63,975 nucleotides of DNA, filler included, from Acidimicrobiia bacterium (GCA_046759765.1; 3 parts of 3 records of this genome joined end to end with filler, not necessarily neighbours in it); one strand, 5' to 3'; positions 28,088-39,031 are shown, counted from the first letter of the whole stretch. Made by a program: numbers and translations. The notes: generated by a model from the letters alone, not told the origin.

Positions 28088-28873
28088 ATGAGCGGCGCAC
28101 TTCAGGTCGATGAGGTCTGTCTGCTCATCGATGGACAGGGCCGGCGGTATCTCGTTCAACTGTCGGCGGGCGGTGAGCTGCACAGCCATCTCGGTGTTCT
28201 GCCCCATTCCGAGGTGATCGGTCTCGAGGAAGGAAGCCGGGTTCACACATCAAAGGGGCATCAGCTACTTGTCCTCCGGCCGGGCCTGGCTGACTACATC
28301 CTGAAGATGAAGCGCGGACCACAGGTGGTCTACCCAAAGGACTTGGGGTCGATCATCGTCTATGCCGACATTGCCCCCGGTACGACGGTGATCGAAGGAG
28401 GCACCGGCTCAGGCGCTTTGACGATGGCCCTGCTGAGAGCCGTCGGTCCGGCCGGTCAAGTAGTGAGTGTGGAACGGAGAGCTGATCACGCGGCCCACGC
28501 TCACAGCGCGATTCTCGACTTCTTCGGTGAGATTCCGGCCAATCTCGATCTTCGGGTCGGATTGGTTGAGGAAGTCGTTCGTGAGATCGAATCCGATCGA
28601 ATTGTGCTCGATATACCTGAGCCTTGGCGTGTGATTGCCCCGGCAGCAACGAAGCTACGAAATGGAGGCGTCTTCTGTGCCTACGTACCCACGGTGCCCC
28701 AGATGCAGGAAGTAGTGGAGAAACTCAAGAGCGAGGGAGCGTTTGGGGAAATCATCAGCTTTGAGGTACTTCTCCGAACTTGGAATGTTGAGGATCGCTC
28801 GGTGAGGCCTTCCCACCAAATGGTGGGACACACAGGGTTCATAGCAGTCGGGCGAAAGATCAAGGAGAGCTGA
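28088..28873 (+). CDS. trmI: tRNA (adenine58-N1)-methyltransferase
   Basis: MKRGPQVVYPKD, EGGTGSGALT, LDIPEPW and RPSHQMVGHTGF motifs. Confidence 0.95.
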   Translation: MSGALQVDEVCLLIDGQGRRYLVQLSAGGELHSHLGVLPHSEVIGLEEGSRVHTSKGHQLLVLRPGLADYILKMKRGPQVVYPKDLGSIIVYADIAPGTTVIEGGTGSGALTMALLRAVGPAGQVVSVERRADHAAHAHSAILDFFGEIPANLDLRVGLVEEVVREIESDRIVLDIPEPWRVIAPAATKLRNGGVFCAYVPTVPQMQEVVEKLKSEGAFGEIISFEVLLRTWNVEDRSVRPSHQMVGHTGFIAVGRKIKES

Positions 28874-28894
28874 GTCCGCCTCGGCGGTCCGTAC

Positions 28895-29140
28895 TCAGGG
28901 CTCGATGAAAATGCACTCCCCAGGGCACTCCTCGGCCGACTCGATCGTGATGTCTTCTTGACCGGCAGGGACGACCGCCAGCCCTTGGGATCCTTCCGGA
29001 TTGCCGTGCGCATCGGCGAAGATCTTGTCGCCCTCACGTACGTACGCGAGACCGTCGTCGAGCAGAACGAACACGTCCGGTGCGATCTCCTCACACAGGC
29101 CGTCGCCCGTGCAGAGATCCTGATCGATCCAAACTCGCAT
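28895..29140 (-). CDS. Single-cluster ferredoxin
   Basis: CTGDGLC (CxxDxxC) and CPGECI ligand motifs. Confidence 0.92.
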   Translation of the reverse strand: MRVWIDQDLCTGDGLCEEIAPDVFVLLDDGLAYVREGDKIFADAHGNPEGSQGLAVVPAGQEDITIESAEECPGECIFIEP

Positions 29141-29277
29141 TGAGTAATCCTCTGTAGTGCTCGGGGGAGACCCCTCGATCTATCTTAGCCCCGGCTAGGT
29201 GTGGCCTCCGACGACGCGCGGAAATAAGGACCCCTCCACGTATACTGCGCGTAGACCCACTTCAGGCCATCCGCCAC

Positions 29278-31014
29278 ATGACAGACCAGCGTGAACCATC
29301 CCGTAGCGAGATGATCGGTGCTCTCAGGGCGCGCATAGCGGAGCTCGAAGAGGAAACGGCGGCTCTCCGGGCCCGACTGCAAGACGCGCCTGGTCGGATC
29401 CGAGTGCTGGAGGAACGGCTGGCTGAGACCCGTGGACAGCTGGCGCAGGCCAGCTCCCAAAACGAGAAGCTGACAGGCGTCCTCGAAGAGGCCAGGGAAC
29501 AGTTGGCCATGCTGCGGGAGGAGGTCGACAAGCTCACTGCGCCCCCCAACTCGTTCGGTTCGGTGCTTCAGGTCAACGAGGACGGGTCTGTGGATGTGGC
29601 GACCGGGGGACGAAAACTGCGTGTCAATGCTCAGCCGGCAATCGAAGTGAAGAGACTTCAGGTGGGCCAGGACGTTCTCCTCAACGAGTCGATGAGCATC
29701 ATCGACGTGCGGGACTTCGAACCCAAGGGTGAAGTGGTGGCGGTTAAGGACCGTCTCGATGACGGACGGCTGGTGGTTCTGGCCCATGCTGACGAGGAAA
29801 GGGTCGTAGAGCTGTCCGAGCCGATGCTCTCCGAGTTCGTTCGAGCCGGCGACCATGTACGACTCGACACGCGTACCGGACTGGTTCTCGAACGCATCAT
29901 CAGGCCGGAAGTGGAGGAGCTGGTGCTGGAAGAGGTGCCCGACATCACTTACGCCCAGGTGGGTGGGTTGGCCAGCCAGATCGAGACCATCAGGGATGCA
30001 ATAGAGCTCCCTTATGTCCACAAAGAGCTGTTCGATCACTACGAGTTAGAGGCGCCCAAAGGAGTCCTCCTCTACGGTCCGCCCGGATGCGGGAAGACAC
30101 TGATCGCCAAAGCCGTTGCGAACAGCCTTGCCAAGGCAGTCGCCGAACGAACCGGTGAGAAGGACGCCCGGTCTTACTTCTTGAATATCAAGGGCCCTGA
30201 GCTCTTGAACAAATACGTCGGTGAGACCGAGCGCCAGATCCGTCTCATCTTCCAGCGGGCGAAGGAGAAGTCCGACGAGGGTGTCCCGGTCATCGTGTTC
30301 TTCGACGAAATGGACTCACTCTTCCGCACTCGCGGTACGGGCATCTCGTCAGATGTCGAGTCGACGATCGTCCCGCAGCTCCTCTCCGAACTCGATGGGG
30401 TCGAGAGCCTCAAGAACGTCATCGTGATCGGTGCTTCCAACCGGGAGGACCTCATCGACCCGGCGATCCTTCGGCCGGGAAGGCTCGACGTCAAGATCAA
30501 GATCAGCCGGCCGAACAAGGACGCCGCGCGAGAGATCTTCGGAATCTATGTGCAGGATGAACTTCCGTTGGACCCGAGTGAGGTAGCCCAATTCGATGGA
30601 AAGGCGGAAGCCCTGGTCACTTCGATGATCAGCAGGACAGTCGAGCACATGTACGCCGAGTCAGAACAGAACCGGTTCCTCGAAGTCACGTACGCCAACG
30701 GTGACCGAGAGCTGCTCTACTTCCGAGATTTCTCCAGCGGAGCCATGATCGAGAACATCGTACGCCGCGCCAAGAAAGACGCCATCAAGCGGCAGATCGC
30801 TAAGGGAACCTCCGGGTTGCGAACGCAGGATCTGATCACCGCCATCAAGCAAGAGTTCCGGGAGCACGAAGATCTTCCCAACACCACCAACCCCGACGAC
30901 TGGGCCAAGATCTCCGGCAAGAAGGGCGAGCGGATCATCTACGTCCGCACGCTGATCGAAGGCGAGGGCGAGAGCCGCAGCATCGAGGCGACAACCACCG
31001 GCCAGTACCTCTGA
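29278..31014 (+). CDS. arc: Proteasome ATPase ARC/Mpa
   Basis: N-terminal coiled coil, [15 protein letters not shown]-terminal GQYL. Confidence 0.97.
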   Translation: MTDQREPSRSEMIGALRARIAELEEETAALRARLQDAPGRIRVLEERLAETRGQLAQASSQNEKLTGVLEEAREQLAMLREEVDKLTAPPNSFGSVLQVNEDGSVDVATGGRKLRVNAQPAIEVKRLQVGQDVLLNESMSIIDVRDFEPKGEVVAVKDRLDDGRLVVLAHADEERVVELSEPMLSEFVRAGDHVRLDTRTGLVLERIIRPEVEELVLEEVPDITYAQVGGLASQIETIRDAIELPYVHKELFDHYELEAPKGVLLYGPPGCGKTLIAKAVANSLAKAVAERTGEKDARSYFLNIKGPELLNKYVGETERQIRLIFQRAKEKSDEGVPVIVFFDEMDSLFRTRGTGISSDVESTIVPQLLSELDGVESLKNVIVIGASNREDLIDPAILRPGRLDVKIKISRPNKDAAREIFGIYVQDELPLDPSEVAQFDGKAEALVTSMISRTVEHMYAESEQNRFLEVTYANGDRELLYFRDFSSGAMIENIVRRAKKDAIKRQIAKGTSGLRTQDLITAIKQEFREHEDLPNTTNPDDWAKISGKKGERIIYVRTLIEGEGESRSIEATTTGQYL

Positions 31015-31017
31015 GTA

Positions 31018-32502
31018 ATGGCCATACACAAGGTGCTCGGCACCGAAACCGAGTTCGGGATCACTATCCGCAACCAGCCCGACTTCAATCCGGCTTTGGC
31101 CTCCGGTTTGGTCGTTAACTCTTATGCCGGGGGCCGGGTTCGCATCCAGTGGTCTTTCGAGGAGGAGACCCCCGGTCGCGACGCCCGCGGCTTCGGATTC
31201 GACGGCATCGGTACCGTTGAGATCGACGCCGGCCTGGTCAACGCGGTCCTGACCAACGGTGCTCGCCTGTACGTCGACCATGCCCACCCGGAGTACTCGA
31301 CGCCTGAATGCTTTGACCCACGCGAGGCTGCCCTGTACGACAAAGCAGGCGAGCTAGTCCTAGCCCAGGCGGCTTCGGTTGCCCAGGAGCTGCTTCCGGA
31401 GGGCCAGCGGCTCTCCATCTATAAGAACAACAGTGACGGCAAGGGCAACTCCTACGGCGCCCACGAGAACTACTTAGTCGCCCGGGATCTGCCTTTCGGC
31501 ACGATCGTCAACCACCTGACCACCTTCCTCGTTACTCGTCAGGTCTTCACCGGATCCGGCAAGGTGGGAGCTGAGAACGGGCGTCCGCCGGTTGACTACC
31601 AGATCAGCCAGCGAGCCGACTTCTTCGAAGAGGAGGTGGGGCTCGAGACGACTCTCAAGCGGCCGATCATCAACACCCGCGACGAGCCCCACGGCGATCC
31701 CGGAAAGTACCGGCGGCTGCACGTCATCATCGGCGATGCCAACGTGTCAGAGATCCAGACCTTCGTGAAGCTCGGTTCGGCAGCTTTGTTCCTAGCTGCC
31801 CTGGAGGATGGGGCACTCCCCGAGACGCTCACCTTGCGAGATCCTGTAGATGCCACCTGGAAGGTGAGCCACGATGTCGGCCTCCGGGAGCCGCTGCCGC
31901 TGGCGGACGGAGGAAGTGCCACTGCTCTCGATCTTCAGTTCCAATACCTGGAGTGGCTCAGCAAGTATGCGGAGACCGAGCTTCCGGAGGCCGTCTGGTC
32001 GGACGTTCTGACCGATTGGGAGTCCGTTCTCGTCGACCTCGAGGCCGATCCGCTGGGCACGTCAGATCGGCTGGATTGGGCCGCCAAATACCGCCTACTC
32101 CAGGGCTATGTCGACCGTGATGGACTCTCCTGGGACGATCCCAAGCTGGCTGCCCTCGACCTCCAGTACCACGATGTCGACCGGGAGCGCGGCCTATACC
32201 ACCGCCTCGTTGGACGCGAACTGGTCCGCACCATGTTCTCCGACGACGAAGTGAAGGCTGCTTCGGAGGAGCCGCCGGAGCGCACCCGCGCCTATTTCAG
32301 AGGCCGCTGCGTCGCTCAGTTTCCGGATGCGCTGGTGGCGGCCAACTGGGATTCTCTCGTCTTCGACATTGGGGAGGAGACCCTCAAGCGGCTGCCTATG
32401 ATGGAACCCCTGCGCGGCAGCGCAGCCCGTGTCGGGGAGCTGCTTTCGAACGCACCCGACGCGGCGGGCCTGATCCGGGCGATTGGAGGTGACGATGGCT
32501 GA
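31018..32502 (+). CDS. dop: Depupylase/deamidase Dop
   Basis: LTNGARLYVDHAHPEYSTPE, YKNNSDGKGNSYGAHENY and AANWDSLVFD motifs. Confidence 0.96.
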   Translation: MAIHKVLGTETEFGITIRNQPDFNPALASGLVVNSYAGGRVRIQWSFEEETPGRDARGFGFDGIGTVEIDAGLVNAVLTNGARLYVDHAHPEYSTPECFDPREAALYDKAGELVLAQAASVAQELLPEGQRLSIYKNNSDGKGNSYGAHENYLVARDLPFGTIVNHLTTFLVTRQVFTGSGKVGAENGRPPVDYQISQRADFFEEEVGLETTLKRPIINTRDEPHGDPGKYRRLHVIIGDANVSEIQTFVKLGSAALFLAALEDGALPETLTLRDPVDATWKVSHDVGLREPLPLADGGSATALDLQFQYLEWLSKYAETELPEAVWSDVLTDWESVLVDLEADPLGTSDRLDWAAKYRLLQGYVDRDGLSWDDPKLAALDLQYHDVDRERGLYHRLVGRELVRTMFSDDEVKAASEEPPERTRAYFRGRCVAQFPDALVAANWDSLVFDIGEETLKRLPMMEPLRGSAARVGELLSNAPDAAGLIRAIGGDDG

Positions 32503-32683
32503 ACAAGAGCGGCGGAGAGCCAGGCGCACCGAGGATGAGGTCGTCGAGGAAGAAGACGCGGTCGAGGCGGCAGCGCAGGAAACCTCCGAGCGGATCGACG
32601 AACTGCTCGACGAGATCGACTCAGTCCTGGAGGAGAACGCCGAGGAGTTCGTCAAGAACTACGTCCAAAAGGGCGGCGAGTGA
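32495..32683 (+). CDS. pup: Prokaryotic ubiquitin-like protein Pup (Glu-terminated)
   Basis: LLDEIDSVLEENAEEFVKNYVQKGGE; ATG 32495 after GGAGGT. Confidence 0.97.
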   Translation: MAEQERRRARRTEDEVVEEEDAVEAAAQETSERIDELLDEIDSVLEENAEEFVKNYVQKGGE

Positions 32684-33477
32684 GAGACGACCTGCTCGGC
32701 GACGGTCTGATCCAAGCTGCGCCCCACCCGACAAGCAGCTTTGTCGCGCTTCTAGAAACCCTCGAAGTGACACCGGGTCCGGTACCACAGTCGACCTCGG
32801 ATGCGGTGACGGTCCCCGAGGGCACCACCGTCTTGGCACTGCGTTACGCCGAGGGTGTCGTGATGGTGGGGGACAGGCAGGCGACTGAGGGCTATTCGGT
32901 CTCGCATCGGCGCATACAGAAGGTGTTCGCCGCCGACGACTTCTCGGCTGTTGCCATCTCGGGGACTGCAGGTTTGGCGCTTGAAATGGTGCGCCTGTTC
33001 CAAACGGAGCTGGAGCATTATGAGAAGCTCGAGGGCGTCCGCTTGAGCCTCGATGGAAAGGCGAATTTCCTAGCTCGGCTCGTGCGTCAGCAATTGCCCT
33101 TGGCGTTTCAGGGCCTCGTGGTTGTCCCCCTCTTCGCGGGTTACGACGAGCTCGCGGAGGCGGGACGTCTCTATACCTTCGATGTTGTGGGAGGGCGCTA
33201 CGAGGAGATCGACCATGGAGCTACCGGCTCAGGAGGCCGGGAGGCAAAGGCATATCTGCGCGCCTCATATGTCGCCGAATCGAGCGAGGATGAGGCGCTA
33301 GGGATAGGCCTGCGTGCCCTCGTGGCGGCAGCCGAGGAGGACACCGCCACTGCCGGTCCCGACCTCCGACGGGGGATCTATCCCAACGTGGTCACCGTGA
33401 CGTCAGTCGGCTTCAGTGAAGTGGCTGAAGACCGGATCGCCGAGATAGCCGGCGACGCCTTGGAGACCGTTCAGTGA
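32680..33477 (+). CDS. prcB: 20S proteasome beta subunit
   Basis: Propeptide then G|TTVLAL, GDRQAT, LFQTELEHYEKLEG and ATGSG motifs. Confidence 0.96.
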   Translation: MRDDLLGDGLIQAAPHPTSSFVALLETLEVTPGPVPQSTSDAVTVPEGTTVLALRYAEGVVMVGDRQATEGYSVSHRRIQKVFAADDFSAVAISGTAGLALEMVRLFQTELEHYEKLEGVRLSLDGKANFLARLVRQQLPLAFQGLVVVPLFAGYDELAEAGRLYTFDVVGGRYEEIDHGATGSGGREAKAYLRASYVAESSEDEALGIGLRALVAAAEEDTATAGPDLRRGIYPNVVTVTSVGFSEVAEDRIAEIAGDALETVQ

Positions 33478-34154
33478 CGATTCCCTTCTATGTGCCGCCG
33501 GAGCAGTTTGTCAAAGACAAGGCGGAGTTTGCCCGCAAGGGCATCGCCCGGGGAAAGTCGATCGTCGCGGTGGTGTGCGAAGAGGGAATCGTGATCCTGG
33601 CCGAGAATCCCAGCGGAACTCTTCACAAGATCTCCGAGATCTACGACCGAGTGGCCTTCGCCGGAGTGGGCAAATACAACGAGTTCGAGGCTCTCAGAGT
33701 GGCCGGGGTCCGGAACGCCGACGTCAAGGGATATCTCTACGGTCGGGCAGATGTGACAGGGAAAAGCCTGGCCAGCGCGTTTTCACAGACTCTGGGCAAC
33801 ATATTCACTCACGAGCTGAAGCCCTACGAGGTGGAGATCCTGGTAGTGGAGGCGGGTGACTCTCGCGTCGAGGACAGCCTCTTCAAGGTGGCGTATGACG
33901 GCACCCTCTATGACGAAGACAACTTCGTGGCCATCGGTGGTCAAGCCGAGGCCCTCGTCGAGTCGCTCGGAGCCTCCTACCGGAATAAGGGGGATTGGCA
34001 GTCCGCGCTACGGCTCGGGGCGGACGCCTTCCAGCAAACAACTGAGAACGAACTCGAGGGGTGGGAAGCCGCGCTCTTGGACCGAAGCATCTCCCGCCGG
34101 GCGTTCAGACGATTGACCGCCGAGGAAGTCGACGGCGCCCTAGCCAGCGAGTAG
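33474..34154 (+). CDS. prcA: 20S proteasome alpha subunit
   Basis: PFYVPPEQFVKDKAEFARKGIARGKS and KISEIYDR motifs. Confidence 0.96.
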   Translation: MTIPFYVPPEQFVKDKAEFARKGIARGKSIVAVVCEEGIVILAENPSGTLHKISEIYDRVAFAGVGKYNEFEALRVAGVRNADVKGYLYGRADVTGKSLASAFSQTLGNIFTHELKPYEVEILVVEAGDSRVEDSLFKVAYDGTLYDEDNFVAIGGQAEALVESLGASYRNKGDWQSALRLGADAFQQTTENELEGWEAALLDRSISRRAFRRLTAEEVDGALASE

Positions 34155-34204
34155 CCAGTAGTCAGTCCTCTGTAAGTGGGAACGGGAGACTGAGACCTGG
34201 AAAC

Positions 34205-34417
34205 TCACTCCTCGAACTCCTCCAGGATCGCTTGCGCTCTCTCTAGCTCACCCTCTTCGACCCAGACTTTCGTGAGCGCCATGGCTCCCAGCGTTAGCCG
34301 GTACGGTCCTTCCGGTTCTCCGGTCAGTCGGCTCTCGATCCCCTCCGAGCGAAGCCGGGCCGCCAGTAGCTCGGCCTCATAGGAGTCTCCGATCTCGGCC
34401 AATAGGACGAGGGCCAT
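34205..34417 (-). CDS. DUF2007-like small putative signal-transducing protein
   Basis: EAELLAARLRSEGIE...VWVEEGELERAQAIL; TACCTT 6 nt before ATG. Confidence 0.8.
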   Translation of the reverse strand: MALVLLAEIGDSYEAELLAARLRSEGIESRLTGEPEGPYRLTLGAMALTKVWVEEGELERAQAILEEFEE

Positions 34418-34466
34418 TCGGGAAAGGTACCCGGGCGTGGGAGCTACGCGCAGGTAGCCTGACATC

Positions 34467-35822
34467 ATGGAACGCCGGATCTTCGGAATCGAGAACGAAT
34501 ACGGCGTCACGTGCACTCTCCGAGGCCAGCGACGGCTCTCTCCGGATGAAGTCGCTCGGTATCTGTTCCGGCGGGTGGTCAGCTGGGGCCGTTCCTCCAA
34601 TGTCTTTCTCGAAAACGGCGCACGCTTGTATCTCGACGTTGGTAGCCACCCCGAGTACGCGACGCCGGAATGCGACAACCTCTACGACCTGGTCGCTCAC
34701 GACAAGGCTGGCGAGCGGGTTTTGGAGAGCTTGCTGCAGTCCGCAGAGCAGCGCCTGGCGGAGGAGGGGATCAGGGGCGAGATCTATCTCTTCAAGAACA
34801 ACACCGACTCGGTGGGCAACACTTACGGCTGTCACGAGAACTACCTGGTAGGACGGCACGCCGACTTCCAGAAGATGGTCGACACGCTCATTCCTTTCCT
34901 GGTTAGCCGGCAAGTGTTCGCTGGAGCCGGAAAGCTGCTCCATACAGCCCGTGGAACAGTTTTCTCGATTGCGCAGCGGGCCGAGCACATATGGGAGGGC
35001 GTTTCCTCGGCAACAACCCGAAGCAGGCCCATCATCAACACTCGAGACGAGCCGCACGCAGACGCTGAGCGCTATCGGCGGTTGCACGTCATCGCAGGCG
35101 ACTCGAACATGTCCGAATACGCGACCTATGTGAAGGTGGGAACGGTCGCGGCGCTGCTCCAGATGATCGAAGACGGGGTCGTGTTTAGAGACCTGTCTCT
35201 GGAGAACCCCATCCGAGCCATCCGGGAGATCAGTCACGACCCGAGCTGCCGACGTCGGGTCCGGCTGGCGAACGGACGTGAGCTGTCAGCGCTGGATATG
35301 CAGTGGGAATACCTGGATCGGGCGATCCGATACAGCAGAACGCCCGGGTTCCCGGCGCCGGTGCAGCAAGCCGTCGATATGTGGGAGCAGCTCCTGGCAG
35401 GCTTGGAGAAGGACCCGCTCAGCCTGGACCGCGAGGTCGACTGGGTGATCAAATACCATCTCGTGGATCGCTACCGGCAGCGGTTCAACCTGCCTATGTC
35501 CAGTCCACGCCTCGCACTATTGGACCTGGCTTACCACGACGTCCGCCAGGACCGCAGCATGTACTACCTAATGACCGAACGCGGTCTCCTCGACCGTGTT
35601 GTAACCGACGCGGCCATCACGAATGCGATGGTGCGGCCGCCGCAGACGACTCGGGCGCGGCTGAGAGGCGAGTTCATCAAGGCGGCCAAAGGTCGGAAGC
35701 GGGACTTCACGGTCGACTGGGTTCATTTGAAGCTCAACGATCAGGCGCAGCGAACCGTGCTATGCAAGGACCCGTTCAAGGCCGTGGACGAGCGGGTCGA
35801 GAAGCTGATCCGGAGCCTGTAG
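34467..35822 (+). CDS. pafA: Pup--protein ligase
   Basis: [40 protein letters not shown] and CKDPF motifs. Confidence 0.97.
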   Translation: MERRIFGIENEYGVTCTLRGQRRLSPDEVARYLFRRVVSWGRSSNVFLENGARLYLDVGSHPEYATPECDNLYDLVAHDKAGERVLESLLQSAEQRLAEEGIRGEIYLFKNNTDSVGNTYGCHENYLVGRHADFQKMVDTLIPFLVSRQVFAGAGKLLHTARGTVFSIAQRAEHIWEGVSSATTRSRPIINTRDEPHADAERYRRLHVIAGDSNMSEYATYVKVGTVAALLQMIEDGVVFRDLSLENPIRAIREISHDPSCRRRVRLANGRELSALDMQWEYLDRAIRYSRTPGFPAPVQQAVDMWEQLLAGLEKDPLSLDREVDWVIKYHLVDRYRQRFNLPMSSPRLALLDLAYHDVRQDRSMYYLMTERGLLDRVVTDAAITNAMVRPPQTTRARLRGEFIKAAKGRKRDFTVDWVHLKLNDQAQRTVLCKDPFKAVDERVEKLIRSL

Positions 35823-35846
35823 CACGACGCCCGTTTCCCAGGCCAA

Positions 35847-36653
35847 ATGACTGGTTTTTCCTCCCACGAAGCGGACCTTCCGAGTGCGATGGCCGAGTTT
35901 GGGTCAATCACCGAAAGCCTCGGTGTTCGGCCGGGAATATTCTGCGACTACGACGGGACCCTGACAGAGATCGTCGACGATCCAGCGGCTGCTTTGCTGT
36001 CGGCGGCTACCCGAAGCGCGCTTCACCGTCTGGCTGCGTGTTGCCCGTTGGGCATCGTAAGCGGACGCAGGCTCTCGGAGCTCAAAGAGTTGGTCGGCGT
36101 TCCGGGCATCATGTATGTCGGCAGCCACGGCCTGGAGATCGTGACGCCGGACGGTGAGCTGTTCGAGCCGGAGGAGGCAAAGCAGGTGCTTCCGGACCTC
36201 GAGCGAGCAAAGGCTGACCTCGCCGTGGCGCTGGCGGAACTCCCCGGGATCGTTTTGGAACGCAAGCCGTTCTCGCTGGTCGTGCACACTCGGCGCGCAA
36301 AGAGCAGCGAGGCACGTCGTCGGGCCACGGCGGCAGCTGACGCCTATGTCGCGGGAAACAGTCGGTTGATGATCCAACGCGGTAAGGAGGTGAGTGAGCT
36401 CCGTCCCGCCCTGGACTGGGACAAGGGTTCGGCGGTGGGCTTCCTGGTCGGCAACCTGGCCGGGACGACCGGATCACAGGTCCTGTATATCGGAGACGAC
36501 CTCACGGACGAGTCTGCCTTTCGCTGGGTCAGGAGCCAGGGAGGTGTCGCGATCGTGGTGGGAACATCGGGTCGCACAGCGGCGCACTATCAGCTGGCCG
36601 ATCCAGCGGAAACAGCAAGCTTCCTCGCCAGGCTTGCCGACAGCGTCTACTGA
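35847..36653 (+). CDS. otsB: Trehalose-6-phosphate phosphatase
   Basis: DYDGTLTEIV, SGR, GSHGLE, ELRP..WDKG and YIGDDLTDE HAD motifs. Confidence 0.93.
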   Translation: MTGFSSHEADLPSAMAEFGSITESLGVRPGIFCDYDGTLTEIVDDPAAALLSAATRSALHRLAACCPLGIVSGRRLSELKELVGVPGIMYVGSHGLEIVTPDGELFEPEEAKQVLPDLERAKADLAVALAELPGIVLERKPFSLVVHTRRAKSSEARRRATAAADAYVAGNSRLMIQRGKEVSELRPALDWDKGSAVGFLVGNLAGTTGSQVLYIGDDLTDESAFRWVRSQGGVAIVVGTSGRTAAHYQLADPAETASFLARLADSVY

Positions 36654-38044
36654 CGCTTCTTCCCGGCGTCGGCTATGACCTCGAGGCTCTGGGCGGCCCA
36701 GGCGTGAACGTCCGACCTGCGAACTCGGCGCCGCAGTGACGAGAGCCGACGGCGTTGCTCGTCTTCAGAGAGCTCGACGGCCCTCTCCAACGTCGCCGCG
36801 AGCCCGTCCAGATCGTATGGATTAACGATGAGCGCCTCCCGAAGCTGCTCAGACGCGCCCGCAAACTCACTCAATACGAGCACTCCGCTGTTCTCGGTTC
36901 GCGAGGCCAGATACTCCTTGGCAACCAGGTTCATCCCATCTCGTAATGGTGTGATGACCGCCACGTCCGCCATTCGGTAATAGGCGACCAGCTCGGCTCG
37001 GTCAACACTTCGATACTGGTAGTAGATCGGCGCCCAGCCGGGATGGCCGAACTGGCCGTTGATTCGGCCGACTATCAGCTCGATGCGGTCGCGAATCGCC
37101 TGATATTGCTCCACGTTCTCGCGCGTCGGTACGGCAATCTGAACGAACACGATCCGACCACGCAGATCACGTCGTCTTTGCAGGAGTGTGCTGAAGGCCC
37201 GCAGTCGATGGTCTATACCCTTCGTGTAGTCCAGACGGTCCACTCCCAGAATCACGATCTCCGGGTTGCCCAGCTCGGACCTCAGCTGGAGGCTTCTCTG
37301 TACGGTGCGCGGTTGGTCGGCCAGTTCCGAAAAGGTGTTGAAGTCAATCGAGATCGGCGTGGCACCTACGCGGACTTTCCGGTCTTGCAGCTTGAGCAGC
37401 TCTGAGGAGCCGCGCGCGTCGGTGTATGTCCGCGCCGCACGGCCGAAATTGATGACGCCGAGATGCGTTTGGAATCCGATCACGTCAGATCCAAGAAGGC
37501 CCTCGAGCAGATCCTTTCGCCACGGAAGCCGCTCGAACAGCTCGACCGGAGGAAACGGTATGTGGAGGAAGAATCCGATCCGGATCTTGGATGCCAGTCG
37601 GTCGCGGAGCATCCGAGGGACAAGCTGCAACTGATAATCCTGGACCCAGACCACATCGCCGTCCGATGCCGTTTCCGCGGCCGCATCGGCGAAGCGCTGG
37701 TTCACCTCGACGTAAGCGCGCCACCAACGGCGGTGGATCTCGGCCGGCCGGGCGACATCGTGATAGAGGGGCCATATCGTCCCGTTGCAGAAACCCTCGT
37801 AATAGTCCCGAATATCCGCTCTCGACAGTCTCACCGGCAGCTGGCGAACACCTTGATGATCAAAGGGCTTTCGCTTACCACCGGCGGTTCCTGTCCATCC
37901 AATCCAGGTGCCACCCCGCTTTTGGAGGATCGGGTTGAGAGAGCTGACTAATCCTCCGGGCCCCGCACGCCATCGCTCGGCCTCTTCATCCCATGCCACG
38001 GCGAGACGGTTAGCCACGACTATTAGCGACCAGTCAGAGGCCAT
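36647..38044 (-). CDS. otsA: Trehalose-6-phosphate synthase
   Basis: VVANRL, GGLV, WPLYH, FFLHIPFP, GVDRLDYTKG and DGMNLVAKEY; start at ATG 38044. Confidence 0.95.
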   Translation of the reverse strand: MASDWSLIVVANRLAVAWDEEAERWRAGPGGLVSSLNPILQKRGGTWIGWTGTAGGKRKPFDHQGVRQLPVRLSRADIRDYYEGFCNGTIWPLYHDVARPAEIHRRWWRAYVEVNQRFADAAAETASDGDVVWVQDYQLQLVPRMLRDRLASKIRIGFFLHIPFPPVELFERLPWRKDLLEGLLGSDVIGFQTHLGVINFGRAARTYTDARGSSELLKLQDRKVRVGATPISIDFNTFSELADQPRTVQRSLQLRSELGNPEIVILGVDRLDYTKGIDHRLRAFSTLLQRRRDLRGRIVFVQIAVPTRENVEQYQAIRDRIELIVGRINGQFGHPGWAPIYYQYRSVDRAELVAYYRMADVAVITPLRDGMNLVAKEYLASRTENSGVLVLSEFAGASEQLREALIVNPYDLDGLAATLERAVELSEDEQRRRLSSLRRRVRRSDVHAWAAQSLEVIADAGKKRQ

Positions 38045-38110
38045 GAACCCGACAGTAACGCGGATGACCCTTGTCACCGTCATTGGATTGAGGCGTAATA
38101 GCGTGCGGGC

Positions 38111-39031
38111 ATGCGCAGTGCGCTCGAACGGATCCTCAACCTTCTCGCTTTCCTGCTTACTGCTGGACGGCCGGTCACGGCGGAGGAGATACGCAACACG
38201 GTCGCCGGCTACGACCAGACCTCCGACGAATCGTTCCGCCGCATGTTCGAGAGAGATAAGGACCTCATCAGAAGACTCGGGGTGCCACTGGAGCGACAAC
38301 CCTTGGACGCCTGGGAGGTCGACTTCGGATATGTGGTGTCGGAGGACACCTACGAGCTCCAAGATCCTGGCCTGACGGACGAGGAGCGCGCCGCTCTCCT
38401 GCTAGCCGCTCAAGTGGTCCGTCTGGGAGCCCAGCCCTCTGGACCGGACGCCGTCCTCAAGCTCGGCGGAGCCGTCCTCTCTGATGCAGGCGAGCCGCTT
38501 GCAGCCGATCTGGGCACCGAAGTGGACACGCTGGCCACGGCATTCCTGGCGGCGGCAGAAAGGCGGATCCTCGAGTTCACCTACCGGGGGCGCCATAGAG
38601 AAGTGCACCCATACGGTCTCGTTCACCGACGCGGGCACTGGTATCTCGTCGGTAAGCAAGGCGACGAGATTCGCGCCTTCCGCGTCGACCGTGCCACCGA
38701 CCTGGAGGCGGGATCCAAGGAGGGGGCGTTCCGACGTCCCAGAGGATTTTCGGCACGGGACGCCGTGGCCGAGGCTCCATGGGAGGCGGGTTCCTCCGAC
38801 GTCATGGCGGAGGTGCACTTCGACCCGGAGTTGGCTTGGTGGGCAGAGCGACAGCTTTCCGGAGCCGCGGAGAAGCAGCGGACCGGCGACGGGGGGCTGC
38901 GCGTGAGGATGCCGGTGGCGAACCCGGACGCGTTTGTAGGGTGGATGCTCGCCTTTGGCGCCAGTGCCGAGATTCTTGAGCCGCCCGAGCTCCGCGAGCT
39001 GCTGGTCAGGCGAGTGGAGTCGGCGGCGTGA
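38111..39031 (+). CDS. pafB: WYL-domain regulator PafB
   Basis: ERILNLL, RRMFERDKDLIRRLGVP, GHWYLVG and RAFRVDR motifs. Confidence 0.92.
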   Translation: MRSALERILNLLAFLLTAGRPVTAEEIRNTVAGYDQTSDESFRRMFERDKDLIRRLGVPLERQPLDAWEVDFGYVVSEDTYELQDPGLTDEERAALLLAAQVVRLGAQPSGPDAVLKLGGAVLSDAGEPLAADLGTEVDTLATAFLAAAERRILEFTYRGRHREVHPYGLVHRRGHWYLVGKQGDEIRAFRVDRATDLEAGSKEGAFRRPRGFSARDAVAEAPWEAGSSDVMAEVHFDPELAWWAERQLSGAAEKQRTGDGGLRVRMPVANPDAFVGWMLAFGASAEILEPPELRELLVRRVESAA

